DNA of 63,659 nucleotides, counting the filler, from Lenisia limosa (Eukaryota > Protista > Breviatea): NCBI GenBank assembly GCA_001655205.1. It is 13 parts of 13 records of this genome, joined end to end, with 100 filler letters (N's around TTAATTAATTAA, not from the genome) between each part and the next. Parts side by side here need not be neighbours in the genome. Positions count along the whole stretch, not along the records: positions 45,140 to 49,512 come from LPNZ01004434.1; positions 49,613 to 55,697 come from LPNZ01004096.1; positions 55,798 to 57,371 come from LPNZ01002459.1; positions 57,472 to 60,163 come from LPNZ01001938.1; 9 more parts are not named here. One strand, written 5' to 3'. The notes under the pieces were generated by a model. It saw nothing but the letters and a program-made list of their open reading frames with translations, was not told the DNA's origin and ran no database searches. Positions 48,101 through 60,263 of this stretch are shown piece by piece. Position numbers and translations under genes: made by a program. Each line of letters starts with the position of its first letter. Positions within the stretch are counted from its first letter, which is position 1.

Positions 48101-49500
48101 AGCCAACACAGTTGATTTTAGGCTTTTTTTTTGTTTTTTTTTGATTATTTGTCTCATATTATGTTGATATTTTAGTTTTACACCCCAGGCAAATCTATTC
48201 CACCCCCACCCCCCTCCAATAAAAAAACAAAAAAANNNNNNNNNNNNNNNNNNNNNNNNNNNNNNNNNNNNNNNNNNNNNNNNNNNNNNNNNNNNNNNNN
48301 NNNNGAGAGTCGCCAGAACGCACGACAGTGCAAGCCGTCCCTCTCGTCGACCCCCCTCTTTCCATATATCCCAATTCTCACCACTATCCCTCCATCACGC
48401 CGGTCCATACTAGTCACCCGCGAATATCCTCCGGAATTTCACCGGTGGTGGCGTCTCTTCAGATCAGTACCGGAAGGCAAAACGGCTTTGTTTCCTGTGT
48501 TAAGAAGAAGAAAACCAAGCGGGACCCTTGGTGTTCCAAAAGAGCATTGGAGCGAATTGTGGCGCCACACCACGCCAGCGCCACTTCTTCGGTTACAGAT
48601 GGCGTTGATTCCGGTTTCAATAAGCCGGGCCGGGAGCGTAATATTGAGGATGTTGCTGTTCGCGATGTTAACGTGCCGGAGAAAAACCGGGTGCCATTAC
48701 CGACAGAAAACTCTTCAAACGCTGAAATTATGGACCTTCCCAATATGGAAGGCCCGCCTCCTGTTTTCGGTTTTTCCGGTCCGTATAAGGCAAGTGCTCC
48801 AGCAGCTGATCGCCCGGTGGATGTAGATGTCAACCCCGATAAACTCCCCACCCCGCATGTTATCGGACCCGATGACGTCTATTATCCGGACCCTCGCCCT
48901 CGAGTACGACGTTATGACGTGGCAAGCCTTGACCAGCTCCGAGCCTGTTTTCTGGGATGGAAGGCGTTTACGGAGGCTCGAAAGTCCCGGGCCAGATTAG
49001 CTGTCACTATTCGAGCCATATCAAGGCGTCGCATATTAGGCAATTTCTTCCGCTTATGGAAGTTGCGTTTTGAGAGGCCCTCTGTGTTCACCACGGATTA
49101 TACTTCTACGAGGGTTGGCTGGAGTTGTGGGTTGTGTTTTTAACTGACAGTGAGAACAATACCTCACTGAAAACGAACTTGTGCTGCTTCTTCGTGTTGT
49201 TGCTTGATTATTGTTTTTTGCTTCTTCGTGTTGTTGCTTGATTGTTGTTTTTTGCTTCTTCGTGTTGTTGCTTCATTATTGTTTTTATTCAGATTATTCG
49301 ATTCGTTATTAGTTCTTCACGCCAGTCTTTATCCACATTTCTTCCGTTTTACTCCCTACCCCTCCCAACAGAGATTATCTCTTACTTGGTTGTTTTCAAC
49401 CCTTGTCTGCTGTTTTTTTTTTTATCAAAATGATAAAGCTGACACTCCCCCTCCCTCAGCCTGACCCAAAGCCCCGCCAAGTCCTTGCATTTACTGCAAA
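45141..49500 (+). CDS. Pro-rich protein with Sfi1-like centrin-binding motifs, multi-exon, partial
   Basis: LLQAFRFWRQQ, AAAMYHRIQLQSKAFR|ALLSHYRQRR and LRACFLGWKAFTEARKSR...ILGNFFRLWK (L/F-x3-W-K/R pattern). Confidence 0.45.
49184..49278. repeat. Tandem repeat ~33 bp x3
   Basis: TGCTTCTTCGTGTTGTTGCTTGATTATTGTTTT x3. Confidence 0.85.
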
Positions 49501-49637
49501 AATGGCTCAGGANNNNNNNNNNNNNNNNNNNNNNNNNNNNNNNNNNNNNNNNNNNNTTAATTAATTAANNNNNNNNNNNNNNNNNNNNNNNNNNNNNNNN
49601 NNNNNNNNNNNNTATTCATGATTTCCCCTCCCCCCAG

Positions 49638-50913
49638 CTGTGTTACTACAAAACCGCATGAAGGCCTTACGCAACATCATTGAGCCCGCTAACATCAGTA
49701 GCGACCTTGTGGTGAGTGGAAGCGTTGAACAGATTCGGTCTGGAAGTGGATAATATACAGTGATCGCGATAAGTCTTGACCGATTTGCTTTTTATCCCAA
49801 GGAAAATAGGTCAAGACTTATCACTGTATAATTTTATATATCATCATATGTATATGTGATCTTGTGGAGGGACCGGGGGTACCAATGTCACCACCCATGT
49901 CTAAACCCGCAGACATCATTCAATCGCACCGTCACGGCAACTCCGACCGCTTTTTCAAGGGAAGCTGAGAGGCTGGTTGCATTGCACTATTCCTCAAGGA
50001 TCAACCCAGAACAAGTGGGGGGGGGGGGNNNNNNNNNNNNNNNNNNNNNNNNNNNNNNNNNNNNNNNNNNNNNNNNNNNNNNNNNNNNNNNNNNNNNNNN
50101 NNNNNNNNNNNNNNNNNNNNNNNNNNNNNTCGATAAATCTTCGAAAACTATCGATATTTTACCGGTATTTTCAAACCGTGAAGACCTAAATGTAAAGTAA
50201 TGTTCTGTGCTTAATTTTGGATTAGTCATACTTAAGGTGAAATGCTCTATTTGATTTTATTTCTCCTCAGGTGAAGTGGCATAATGAAGAACAGGAGTCG
50301 ATGCTCCCATACGATATTACCCTTTATGGGGTGGACAGGTATATGGGTAATATAACCTTGGGATTTTGGGGTTTTTTTTTTGACCTGGGTAGGGGGGGGG
50401 GGATCATATAGCATCCTCATTACATCGTCATCACAAATTCCCTCGTAACCCAGCAGGAAAACAGTAGCACGTCGCGTTGAAGTGAAGTCCTCGCAACAGG
50501 CAACAATGCCAGCCTTCCATTTGAGTATCAATGAAGTGGCAACCTGTCTGGACCTCCCAGAGTATCGCTTTGTGGTGGGGGTGGAGTGCTTGTGGAAATG
50601 AGGTCATATCACTTTGTTCACGTAGAGATAGAGGTGAGTAATTATCTGGATACCCGGCTGAAGCCGTCNNNNNNNNNNNNNNNNNNNNNNNNNNNNNNNN
50701 NNNNNNNNNNNNNNNNNNNNNNNNNNNNNNNNNNNNNNNNNNNNNNNNNNNNNNNNNNNNNNNNNNNNNNNNNNAATTTTCCATTTTTATTCCCCCAGGT
50801 TGTGACAGTGTGTAAGGCGGCAGAGGGGCCAGAAGTGAGCTTCATCGCCAACGCGAAAAAGGCCCTCCAGGATGGCTCTCTTGAACTTTGGGCTGTGGCC
50901 GCGAAGGGTGTTG
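49638..50913 (+). CDS. Hypothetical multi-exon protein, partial
   Basis: Exons VLLQNRMKALRNIIEP, TSFNRTVTATP...INPEQ, VKWHNEEQESML and VVTVCKAAEGPEVSFIANAKKALQDG. Confidence 0.5.
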
Positions 50914-51726
50914 GTGAGTCGCTTTGAGGTGTTATAGATGGTATAGGACTTTTTTTTTTTAAGTTTGTTTTGAATGTTTTGTATTTGTTATTTGTTATTT
51001 GTGAGACAGATTTTTACTGAGGGGGGCTTTTTACGTGTGGGAGGAGTGAATGAGAATTAGATAATACTGGGTTGAGTACATTGAGAAGTGGACGGCTGGG
51101 ATGGGCGGAGTAAAAACAAAAATTACAAGCGCTTTGCTACATATTCCACTACCAATGAACAACACAAAAGCAATGCAAAGAGAGATTTTGACAACTAATT
51201 GGCAGTGCCCAACGTCCTTAAAAACCCAATATCCTATCGACATTTATCAAGGATTTCGATATCCAGACCAACGAGAAGCACGCAGTATAGTCAACCCTCC
51301 AAATCATGTGTATGGTAAAATCAAGTTTTATCTAGATCCAGGGGGGGGGGGTGATGAACGCAAACAACCCAATTGCAAAAAGTTCCTCCATAATGAGTAA
51401 AGTTGTTGAATATGTAGAGATCTGAAATAAAAGTAATAATATCTGGTGTGTTGAGAAAAGTAACACTATAAACATTTACTGCAACATCGTATCCTTATTG
51501 ACAGCTCCAAAACCACCACCCCTGACAACAACCCTCCAAAAAAAAAACCGAGAAAAGCAATAATACAGTATTTTGAGGAATAACACCTTGCGCGTCATTA
51601 TGAAGAGTATCCCTTTTACAAAAACACAGCATTTAGAAGAGTAACCCGTCGATTAAGACCCGCTAAAAAACCATTGGTGGAATCAAAAAGAAAAATTAAT
51701 GTAAAACAATAGAATAAAATCACAAC

Positions 51727-52318
51727 CTAAGCATCTTCACCACCCATTTCCACATCATCAGCAGCGGGGGCTTCCTCTGCTGGCTCGTCTGCCTCCTCTT
51801 CGGGGATTTGCCTGATGTACAACACGTTGTTGCAACTACAGAGTGAGCAGAGGTAGTGGAGATCAAACAAGGGGAAGAGAGCCATGAAAGTGAAACCCCC
51901 CAAAAGAAGTGTTAAAAGAGGAAGGCAATCAAAACAGCCCATTAGAGGTCATGAGGGGAAAGGAGGAGATCTTCGTTTTTCAAAAATGAAAAGAAGTTCC
52001 TTTACGACTGGCTAATTCATGTTTTAAAGGAAGTTATCTCCTAAAGACAGCCTAGTTGGGAGCATACCGAACAACCATCTCGCCAAGGTTTCCAGCAAAG
52101 CTGCCGTTCACGAATTCCTCGGTGTTAGCGAGCTACATAGTTAATAATTAACCAGCACTGCTCAGCTTCGTTCATTCTCTCCTCAAACTAACCTGGACAT
52201 TCATGTAGTTGTCTGTTGACACAAGAACACCTTTGTATTCCATGCCCCACTTCAGCTTGCAGATAACCTGCTTGCCAACAAGCTCCTTGAGGAAAGGCTT
52301 AGGGTTCACGATATTCAT
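51727..52318 (-). CDS. SNRPF: Small nuclear ribonucleoprotein SmF
   Basis: Exons 52318-52193, 52132-52068 and 51835-51727 give [72 protein letters not shown]. Confidence 0.95.
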
Positions 52319-52640
52319 AGTGTGTCACAAGTGAAGAAAAGGGGTTATGAACTACTGTAAAAACAAAGAACACGTAGTAACCGTTTGCGCAAAGAGAAGT
52401 GGCTCAAAAAATTTTTTGCTGAAAAAGGTGGTACAACTAGGATATCCCACTTTTTTAGATTTCCTTTTTGGTCAAAATATTCTCCTTTTAATCTCTTCAT
52501 CTCAACGAGCCTTTGTTTTCTGACTACCAGGAGACAGGCCAGCATATTTAGAAGCCCAGAAACAAAGTATTCCTCCATATATTTTTTGTTTTTCTACTAG
52601 ACAATCATCTCAAGAACGAAGTTGATCTTAAGCGGAAACA

Positions 52641-53116
52641 ATGGATGAACCTATTTTTGGAGAAGAGTCGAAATCTGTGAGTCTTCCACTCTTTTATGAA
52701 CCCTCTTTAACCTCTCCAGTCGAAATGGATGAAATATCTTTCCATTTTTGCCATTACAGTAGTAGTTTTGGTTTGTTTCAACTCCCTGCTCCTCCTTACT
52801 CCCAGGCAACGTGCATTTTCTCGTTTTTACAGGGCCTTCCTTATCAGCTTTTCATTGGAACTGTCGTCACCTTAGTTGCTTTGGTAAGTTACAGTTTTGA
52901 GGGCGAAGTGGAATAACTGCCTCCTGTAGATTCTCATCTTAATCAACTGGTATAAGGCGGGTGATCTTGACCCCAAGTTCAAGCCTCTGATTGGTTTCGC
53001 AAGTTTGTTTTCCTGCTTTCTAGAAATGGGATTCACAATTCAGTCGTTATTTTAATGTACCTCTGCCTCAGTACGTTGTACATCATATTCTTCATGAAAA
53101 TGTGAGCTGGGACTGA
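52641..53116 (+). CDS. TMEM243/DUF2678-like small membrane protein
   Basis: MDEPIFGEESKS... and ILILINWYKAGDLDPKFKPLI resemble TMEM243 (PLFGETS...; LIYWYRQGDLEPKFRKLI), recalled from memory. Confidence 0.6.
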
Positions 53117-53591
53117 GATCAGGCTTTCTTTTTTATATGTTTATTTTCGCCTCTTCTTTATTTGTTTCATGAACCAGAGATGGATACTATGAGGAAGGAG
53201 AAAAGTTTGTTTGTGAGAAGGCGGAAGGAGACGATGCCCCTGAGATGTGCATTGTGGTGTTAACGGCAGGACCAAAGTGCGTTGACTGCAAGTCAATAAC
53301 CCTTTCTTCATGAACCGGAACCCAGTAAAGACAATTGGAAATCGAGCTCTTGAGGAAAGAAGACCTCCTCAAAGTTTTTCAGGACGAGTGTTAATGTATT
53401 TTTTCTTCTTACTCGCTTTCTTTACTTTTGATTGTTCTCATGCAACTAGAAATAGGGTTCTGATAAGTTGGTTGCGTTATCGACCGACCCTGCCCCTGTA
53501 GCCCCATGAATAGCAGGTTTAAGTGAAATCATGACTCGTTTACATTATCCTGAATACAAGAAACTGGGATCATTTATTGATGCAGCGCCTC

Positions 53592-55697
53592 CTACGGCTG
53601 GTTGGGGTTTTGGGAGTGATAGATATACAGGTTGTTGGCAGCCGCAACAGCAAGGGTGGGCTCCTGGAAGATCAGAGATGATCTCAAGTGGAGAATTCGA
53701 CATATCTCAATAAATAACGATATTACTCATCACTTTGCTGACCTTAGGGTGCCACGCCAAGTGAAGGGCCTTCTTCGTGAAGTCCAAAGAGTCCACGTTG
53801 AGTTCATCACCACCACGCCGGCCGTCCTTGCGCCTACCTACAATGTGTTAAGGAAACTTTTGAGCAAAGAATGTTAAAGACAGTGAAAGATGTGTTAGCA
53901 AAGAATATAAATGTCTTCTTGGGATGTGTGATTGGTACAACACGGACAGTATCAAATAGAGGAGAAATGTGAAAGGTATTTTGTCAAAAAGAAAAGCAAA
54001 ACAAAAGAGGGAAAGAGGATCTTTGCAAAGGGAGGGAGGCTTAACGGGGTGAGCTTACTCCGTGAGGAAGACTGCTTACGGCGAGGAGGGGGCTTTGAGG
54101 CTTCAATCACGGCCTCGCAGTTGCCTAATGCGTTATTCCGAGACAACGCGAGAAAAATCATAATTAGCATCATAAATTGTAAAAAAATACTCCGAGCCAA
54201 CGCGAGAACAAGAAAAATAAGAATCATAATGAGCATAATACTCCGAGACAATACTCCAAGAGAAGAAGAATGATAATCATAAGCAGAAATTGTATGACAA
54301 CAAAGCCGTCCACAATAATAACAATGATTATTATTATAAAATGGACCAAGCGCTTCCCTCCCAACCGCGGGTATCGTAAACGTAGAAGTTGTTGTGGTAG
54401 GTACCAGTCATCGCATATCGGCCATCGCCGCTGAAAGAGCACTCAAACTTGTCAAAAATGCAGTCGGACTCATAGAGGTCACAGAGCTTCGATCTAGATT
54501 GTCAAGATTGCAGGCGTGCCGAGATTTTGGACAAAATAGACTGAATTTCTCGATATTTAATAGTCAGGAAGTCTTGTTTTTGTGAGGGACAGACAGAAGA
54601 TAATGCCGTGCCGGTCAGCTCACCTCAATCCTTCGTTGATAGGGATGGTTTGAACAGGTCGGCGGTCCATGTTGATGTCCTATATGCGTTAGGAGGAGGA
54701 GGGGGCGGGGGGTGCAGAATTGAAAAATAAGAAAGCCAAAAATCAAACTCTGTTGGACGAGGGCTGAGAACAACAAAACAAACAAAGCCCAGGATAGTCG
54801 CTTCTGCAGCACCACATCCCATCACTTCTTCCAAGTATGTTGGAGTACAGAAGGGGGGGGGGGGTATTTGAAACAAAGCCCACGGAAGAATTTTCGGAAA
54901 ATTGTTGCTGATTACAAAGAAACAAAAATTGGGAGACAAAACACCAGACAGCAGAAAATGGCAAGAAGTTACAAACCAAGGTAAAACTTATTTTTTAATA
55001 AAAAAAACAAGACCGAACAAGCCCATACCCAGATTTTGAGCGTCAAATAGTCACGCGACAGAATGTAGCGACCATCAAAGGAGAAACGCACATCCGAAAT
55101 CGAGCTGATAATCTCACTGAAAAACGACCGTGAAGAGCTGTCTTCCTCCTCCTCGAAGACTAGAGAGATAAGCCAGGGACAACAACGTGGAGAGCGTGGG
55201 CGCAGGAGTATGATAATTTGTTTATGGTATCCCTTTGTATTTCTTTGTTTCCCATGATATCCAATGTATTAAAAGTAGTTCTCTTGTTCAAAAAAAAAAA
55301 GAAAGCCTTACGTTTGGAGTGTTGGTTGCAGTTCGACGATATTCGCATATCCGCAAGCTTGACCACACCTATAAGGGGTCAGAACAGGGCTCAATAATGC
55401 TAAAAAAGAGTTAAAGTAGAGCGAACCCTTTGACGACGCATAAGTGAAGAGGTTGCAGTGTGTAGGGTGACATTCCGCTGCGGTAACGACCTAAGCAAAT
55501 GACACAAAAGGATTGATATTGAATAATCCGTGGAGCAAGAGGCGACAAAAGACACTTTTTTTGTTTTACAAGGATATATGTCGCATTAACAGTCTATACG
55601 GAGAAAAAAGAAGAGATCTCACCTCTGCCAAGTCTTCCATGTTGTCCGGCTTGATATCGACAATGTTAAAGGAGTTGTTCGGTCGTTCCAATGACCT
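53592..55697 (-). CDS. PPP2R2: PP2A regulatory subunit B55 (PPP2R2/Cdc55), 5'-partial
   Basis: [17 protein letters not shown]|[42 protein letters not shown]|[22 protein letters not shown] and [15 protein letters not shown]|[15 protein letters not shown]. Confidence 0.95.
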
Positions 55698-55955
55698 NNN
55701 NNNNNNNNNNNNNNNNNNNNNNNNNNNNNNNNNNNNNNNNNTTAATTAATTAANNNNNNNNNNNNNNNNNNNNNNNNNNNNNNNNNNNNNNNNNNNNGAC
55801 CCCAAATGGGATTAACATGGCGGAGAAGTGGAAAGAATAATGGGCAATAGAGCGTAAATCCAAAAATAAAAACATGGTATGAAGCAAATAAAAAGGGAAC
55901 TTCAATAACAGTGATAATATAAAATTCTCACAATATTAGTTAACGTCACTATTTA

Positions 55956-56291
<336 letters not shown>

Positions 56292-56637
56292 TTATTTAGG
56301 GTAAAATGCGCTGGACTGTATCTGACTAATTATAATATTGATTTGTAGTGTTTAAACTCATTTTCGTTTATAAATGAAATTGATGAGAGTGCGTGTCCCC
56401 AGATATCAGTCATATTTCTAGATTGCTGAGAGCTCACCAAGTACGCAATATCTATGTATTTATAATAGTTTTATATTCTGATATATTTGTTGAGAATACA
56501 ACAGGGTCGATTTGATCCAGAGCTTACAGTCACATAACTCTTTTAATCTCCTTCTCTAAATCCACCACTAGGTGCTTCTATCCGGCTATTTAATCAATAT
56601 ATCGAAGATACACCTCCCTAATTGGATAGTTTGACAA

Positions 56638-56928
56638 ATGTCAGATTACGATGATGAAAGCGACTATGAGGAAGGGCCATCCCTCCTTCCTTCATCCACC
56701 CTAGCTGATCATCTTGAGTATTCGACCCTCCTTGTACATCATGATGAAGAGCCTCTTGATGCCATGTTTTGCTCAGAAGTAGTTGAGAATGCAGACGGAG
56801 CGGAGTACGCACTCAACGCTCATACCATCATTGTTTGGGGGGTTCAACGGCTTTCAATCTTGTGGGGCACAGCTGCTTTTACAATTTGTTTTGTTATTCT
56901 CCAAATTAGGATTTATATAATACCTTGA
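56638..56928 (+). CDS. Short acidic hypothetical protein (possibly the first exon of the downstream gene)
   Basis: ATG-initiated ORF with coding-like codon use. Confidence 0.35.
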   Translation: MSDYDDESDYEEGPSLLPSSTLADHLEYSTLLVHHDEEPLDAMFCSEVVENADGAEYALNAHTIIVWGVQRLSILWGTAAFTICFVILQIRIYIIP

Positions 56929-57531
56929 AAAAGTATGAAAGAAAGAAGAGTGCATGTAATGGAACCAACTTTTCTTCTCCCTTACATTGAGATTATAAAT
57001 AACGGCTTTCTAATTTTCAGTCCCCCGTAAGAATAACAGCATCCACACCCTGTTGATTCTTTACCGTCAGTGTTTCAAAAAAGGAGGAATGGGATTATAT
57101 GTACCATTATTCTTGCTTCTCAATATATCTAACCCCTAATCCGACGTTTTATTTATCAACGCCTAATCCGACGTTTTATTTATCAACGCTGAGCCATAGA
57201 AGTGACTTTTTCATTTGATACGTCTGAAATTCCCTTTGTGACCCTCCTCCTCATAGTACCATAGTACTCAGCCAAGTAATTACTGGCCTGGGCTTTCTTG
57301 AATTATTTTTTGAAAATTGTGTCTCAAATGTTTTGCAAATGGATTTGATGGGGGGTATAGTTATACACTGTNNNNNNNNNNNNNNNNNNNNNNNNNNNNN
57401 NNNNNNNNNNNNNNNTTAATTAATTAANNNNNNNNNNNNNNNNNNNNNNNNNNNNNNNNNNNNNNNNNNNNGAATATATTACTATTGTATAATTATGTCA
57501 GTGGAATTGGTACTAATATATTTTTGCATTA

Positions 57532-58660
57532 GGTTAAAACTTGGAGGATTTGCCTGACCATTTCAGTTCCCTGTTGGGGTGCTGTGTCTCACGGGGGGTC
57601 TGAAGATCCGACGTGGTCGAAGCGTTACAACTGCCAAAATCTCCGCACTCAAGAGGCTTCAAGCTGTGAGCAGAGCAGATTCGGATTTCAGGGACTTAGC
57701 AACAAGCTTATTTCGATGGGATTTTGACGCGAGTGTGGAAGGCGGCAAAGCTAGATGGGGTGTAAACGGATGACGAAGCAAAAAAAACTAGGGCTTCGTG
57801 AAAAAAATCGGAACTATTGTATTTTCAAATTTGAAATTAGTGTCAATATGTTGCACGCACAGACAAACCTTCTCAAAGCAGTATTGATGATGATAAAGAT
57901 GATGGACAAACCTTCAAAAAGTGGCACACTGCGGAAGGCCACTTTTGGCTTATGGGGGGATACGTAGGGATTTCAGCATAAACCTGGAGTGATGATGGGA
58001 ATGTCAGCGTATTGTTTAGATTCCTTGGTTGCTTCAGCTTCTACTGGCTCTTTATTTCTCTCTATTGTCATATAAGCGTGATAGGGTGGACGACTTCGGC
58101 CGATACAGCCTTATTTTTTTATTTCTCATTATCTGTTCACCCGATGATCACGTTCAATTCTGGCAGCTCATTATTATTCCTTGTACTGGATTTCTTTGTT
58201 TCCATATTTCATTTGTTAGGACGGCTCTCTCGTCTTCAAAGGAGCGTACGGTTCGTCAAAAAATGACTTGAAAGGTTGGGGTGAAATGCTTTTCTGATAT
58301 CATTCTTTGGATAAGCTTGATGAGGTTTTTTTTTTTGCCGGTTTTTTAAAAACAAAACACTGAATGTAACTTCTCGTTTACACATACATTTTCCAATTTC
58401 ACATGGGATGCGGAGGCGACTGGCCCGGGCTTTGTTTGTTTTTGTTGTTATCAACCCTCGTGTGCTGTCAGCCAACAGAGTTGTTTTGTTTCATAAATTT
58501 CCAATTTTTACTCCCCCCCTCGTAGCCTTCCTCTCAGCAAACATTGGCGAGCACCGGGTGTTTATACGCGGACGGGCGGCCGGACAAAAGGGCACTATGG
58601 CCCTCAAGAAGGGCTATAACAACAGTCATCTGGAGTTCATTAAGAAGTCCGTAGCTGAGG
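57532..58660 (+). CDS. Hypothetical multi-exon protein with a Kelch-like motif, partial
   Basis: KWHTAEGHFWLMGGY|DGSLVFKGAYGSSKNDLK and ANIGEHRVFIRGRAAGQKG. Confidence 0.35.
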
Positions 58661-58775
58661 TTGGCACTGGTGTTGCTGCCTCCCATATCCCTTCCTGCCT
58701 TTTGTTTTTTGTTTTTTGTTGTTGTTGTCTAGTCTCCCAATTTTCCCCAACTGCCAATGGAATAATTCGCTTCGT

Positions 58776-58875
58776 TAGGGCTTCACTTCGGTTCAAAAAA
58801 AGACTGAATTTTTCGATAAATCCTCGAAAACTATCGATATTTTACTGGTCTTTTTCGAACCGAAGTAAAGCCGTA
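58776..58875. mobile_element. MITE family A copy (best-preserved TIRs)
   Basis: TAGGGCTTCACTTCGGTTCAAAAAAAGAC ... GTCTTTTTCGAACCGAAGTAAAGCCGTA. Confidence 0.85.
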
Positions 58876-59583
58876 ATATACCATGTGGACAGTGACCAGA
58901 CCTTCATGGTGTGCACAACTTCGACCAGATACAACCTTGTTTTATTTCTCATCTCGATAACTCATAAATAATAAGGTTGTACTTAAATTAGTTCGTGCTG
59001 AATCGGCTTAGGCATACACGCCACTTCCGGCAATGGTGCGATTCCAAGAGGAGTAGTTCTTTCTTTTATGTTGGGTGTTTTCTTCCGCCTTAGTTTTCTT
59101 CAGGTTTGCTTGTGCATTATAGTATTTATGTTTGTGTTATTTCCGAAAAGACTGTCAAGTTAAATGGGGCAATGATCATAAAAGGATATTAACATCAACA
59201 AACTCAAAGCTGGAATATTGGTACCTGGATACCAGCTTGCATAATATTGAGCTATTGAAATAAAAGAAAGACTCCAGTGAAACAAATGACAAGCAAAAGT
59301 GAATGTTGGAAAAACAACAAACCAAAAATAGAGTGTGATAAAAAGGATTACATGAAAAAGACCTTCATAAAAAAAGAGAAACACAACGATGATATGGAAC
59401 AAGACAAAACAAATCAAAAAAAAAATCATAAAAAAACATAAAAAATCATAAAAATCAAAAAAAAATCATAAAAAATCATAAAAAAATCATAAAAACTCAT
59501 AAACAATAATAATAAAAAAATAATAATAAATCAATAAAAAGACAATCAAACTGATAAAATAAAAATAAAATAAAACAACAAAG

Positions 59584-59655
59584 ATGACAAAAAAGAGGAC
59601 AAAAAAGAGGACAAAAAAGAGGACAAAAAAGAGGACAAAAAAGAGGACAAAAAAA
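59584..59655. repeat. 12-bp tandem repeat directly downstream of tRNA-Phe
   Basis: GACAAAAAAGAG x5-6; on the minus strand each unit carries a T6 run. Confidence 0.9.
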
Positions 59656-59728
59656 TGCCGACTCCCGGGATCGATCCGGGGACCTTACGATCTTCAGTCG
59701 TACGCTCTCCCAATTGAGCTAAGTCGGC
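59656..59728 (-). tRNA. trnF: tRNA-Phe (GAA)
   Basis: GCCGACTTAGCTCAATTGGGAGAGCGTACGACTGAAGATCGTAAGGTCCCCGGATCGATCCCGGGAGTCGGCA is 73 nt, folds as a full cloverleaf and is followed by a T-run terminator. Confidence 0.95.
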
Positions 59729-59921
59729 TAGTACATTTTCAAAGGTTTCAAATTAATTTTTGAACATAAACTAAAAATTGCTAACAACAACATCATCCGC
59801 TAACGCCATACTATACTGGTGACAAAATAGACGTATTCATCATAATACTATTTCTTTATTTGTAAATATGATCATATGATATACATATAGATATGTATAT
59901 TTATATTCCATTTAATACAAT

Positions 59922-60020
59922 TAGGGTTTCCCTGCGGTTGGAAAAAGACCGGAAAAATGTCGATATTTTTCGAGAATATATCGAGAAATTCCGTCTTTTT
60001 GGGACTGTAGGGAAGCCCTA
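59922..60020. mobile_element. MITE family A copy
   Basis: TAGGGTTTCCCTGCGGTTGGAAAAAGAC...GTCTTTTTGGGACTGTAGGGAAGCCCTA; AATACAAT occurs on both sides (offset by 3 nt on the right). Confidence 0.85.
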
Positions 60021-60263
60021 ATAAATACAATTTTATTTTATACTTTGAGGAAGAAACTTTATTTCACACGTTCCTCCTCTCAAGACTATATGTATGACTA
60101 ATCGTCTTATTATTGTAGTCTGCTGATTTATGTTTTTTTTTTCGACACTCAACACACAAACGGNNNNNNNNNNNNNNNNNNNNNNNNNNNNNNNNNNNNN
60201 NNNNNNNTTAATTAATTAANNNNNNNNNNNNNNNNNNNNNNNNNNNNNNNNNNNNNNNNNNNN

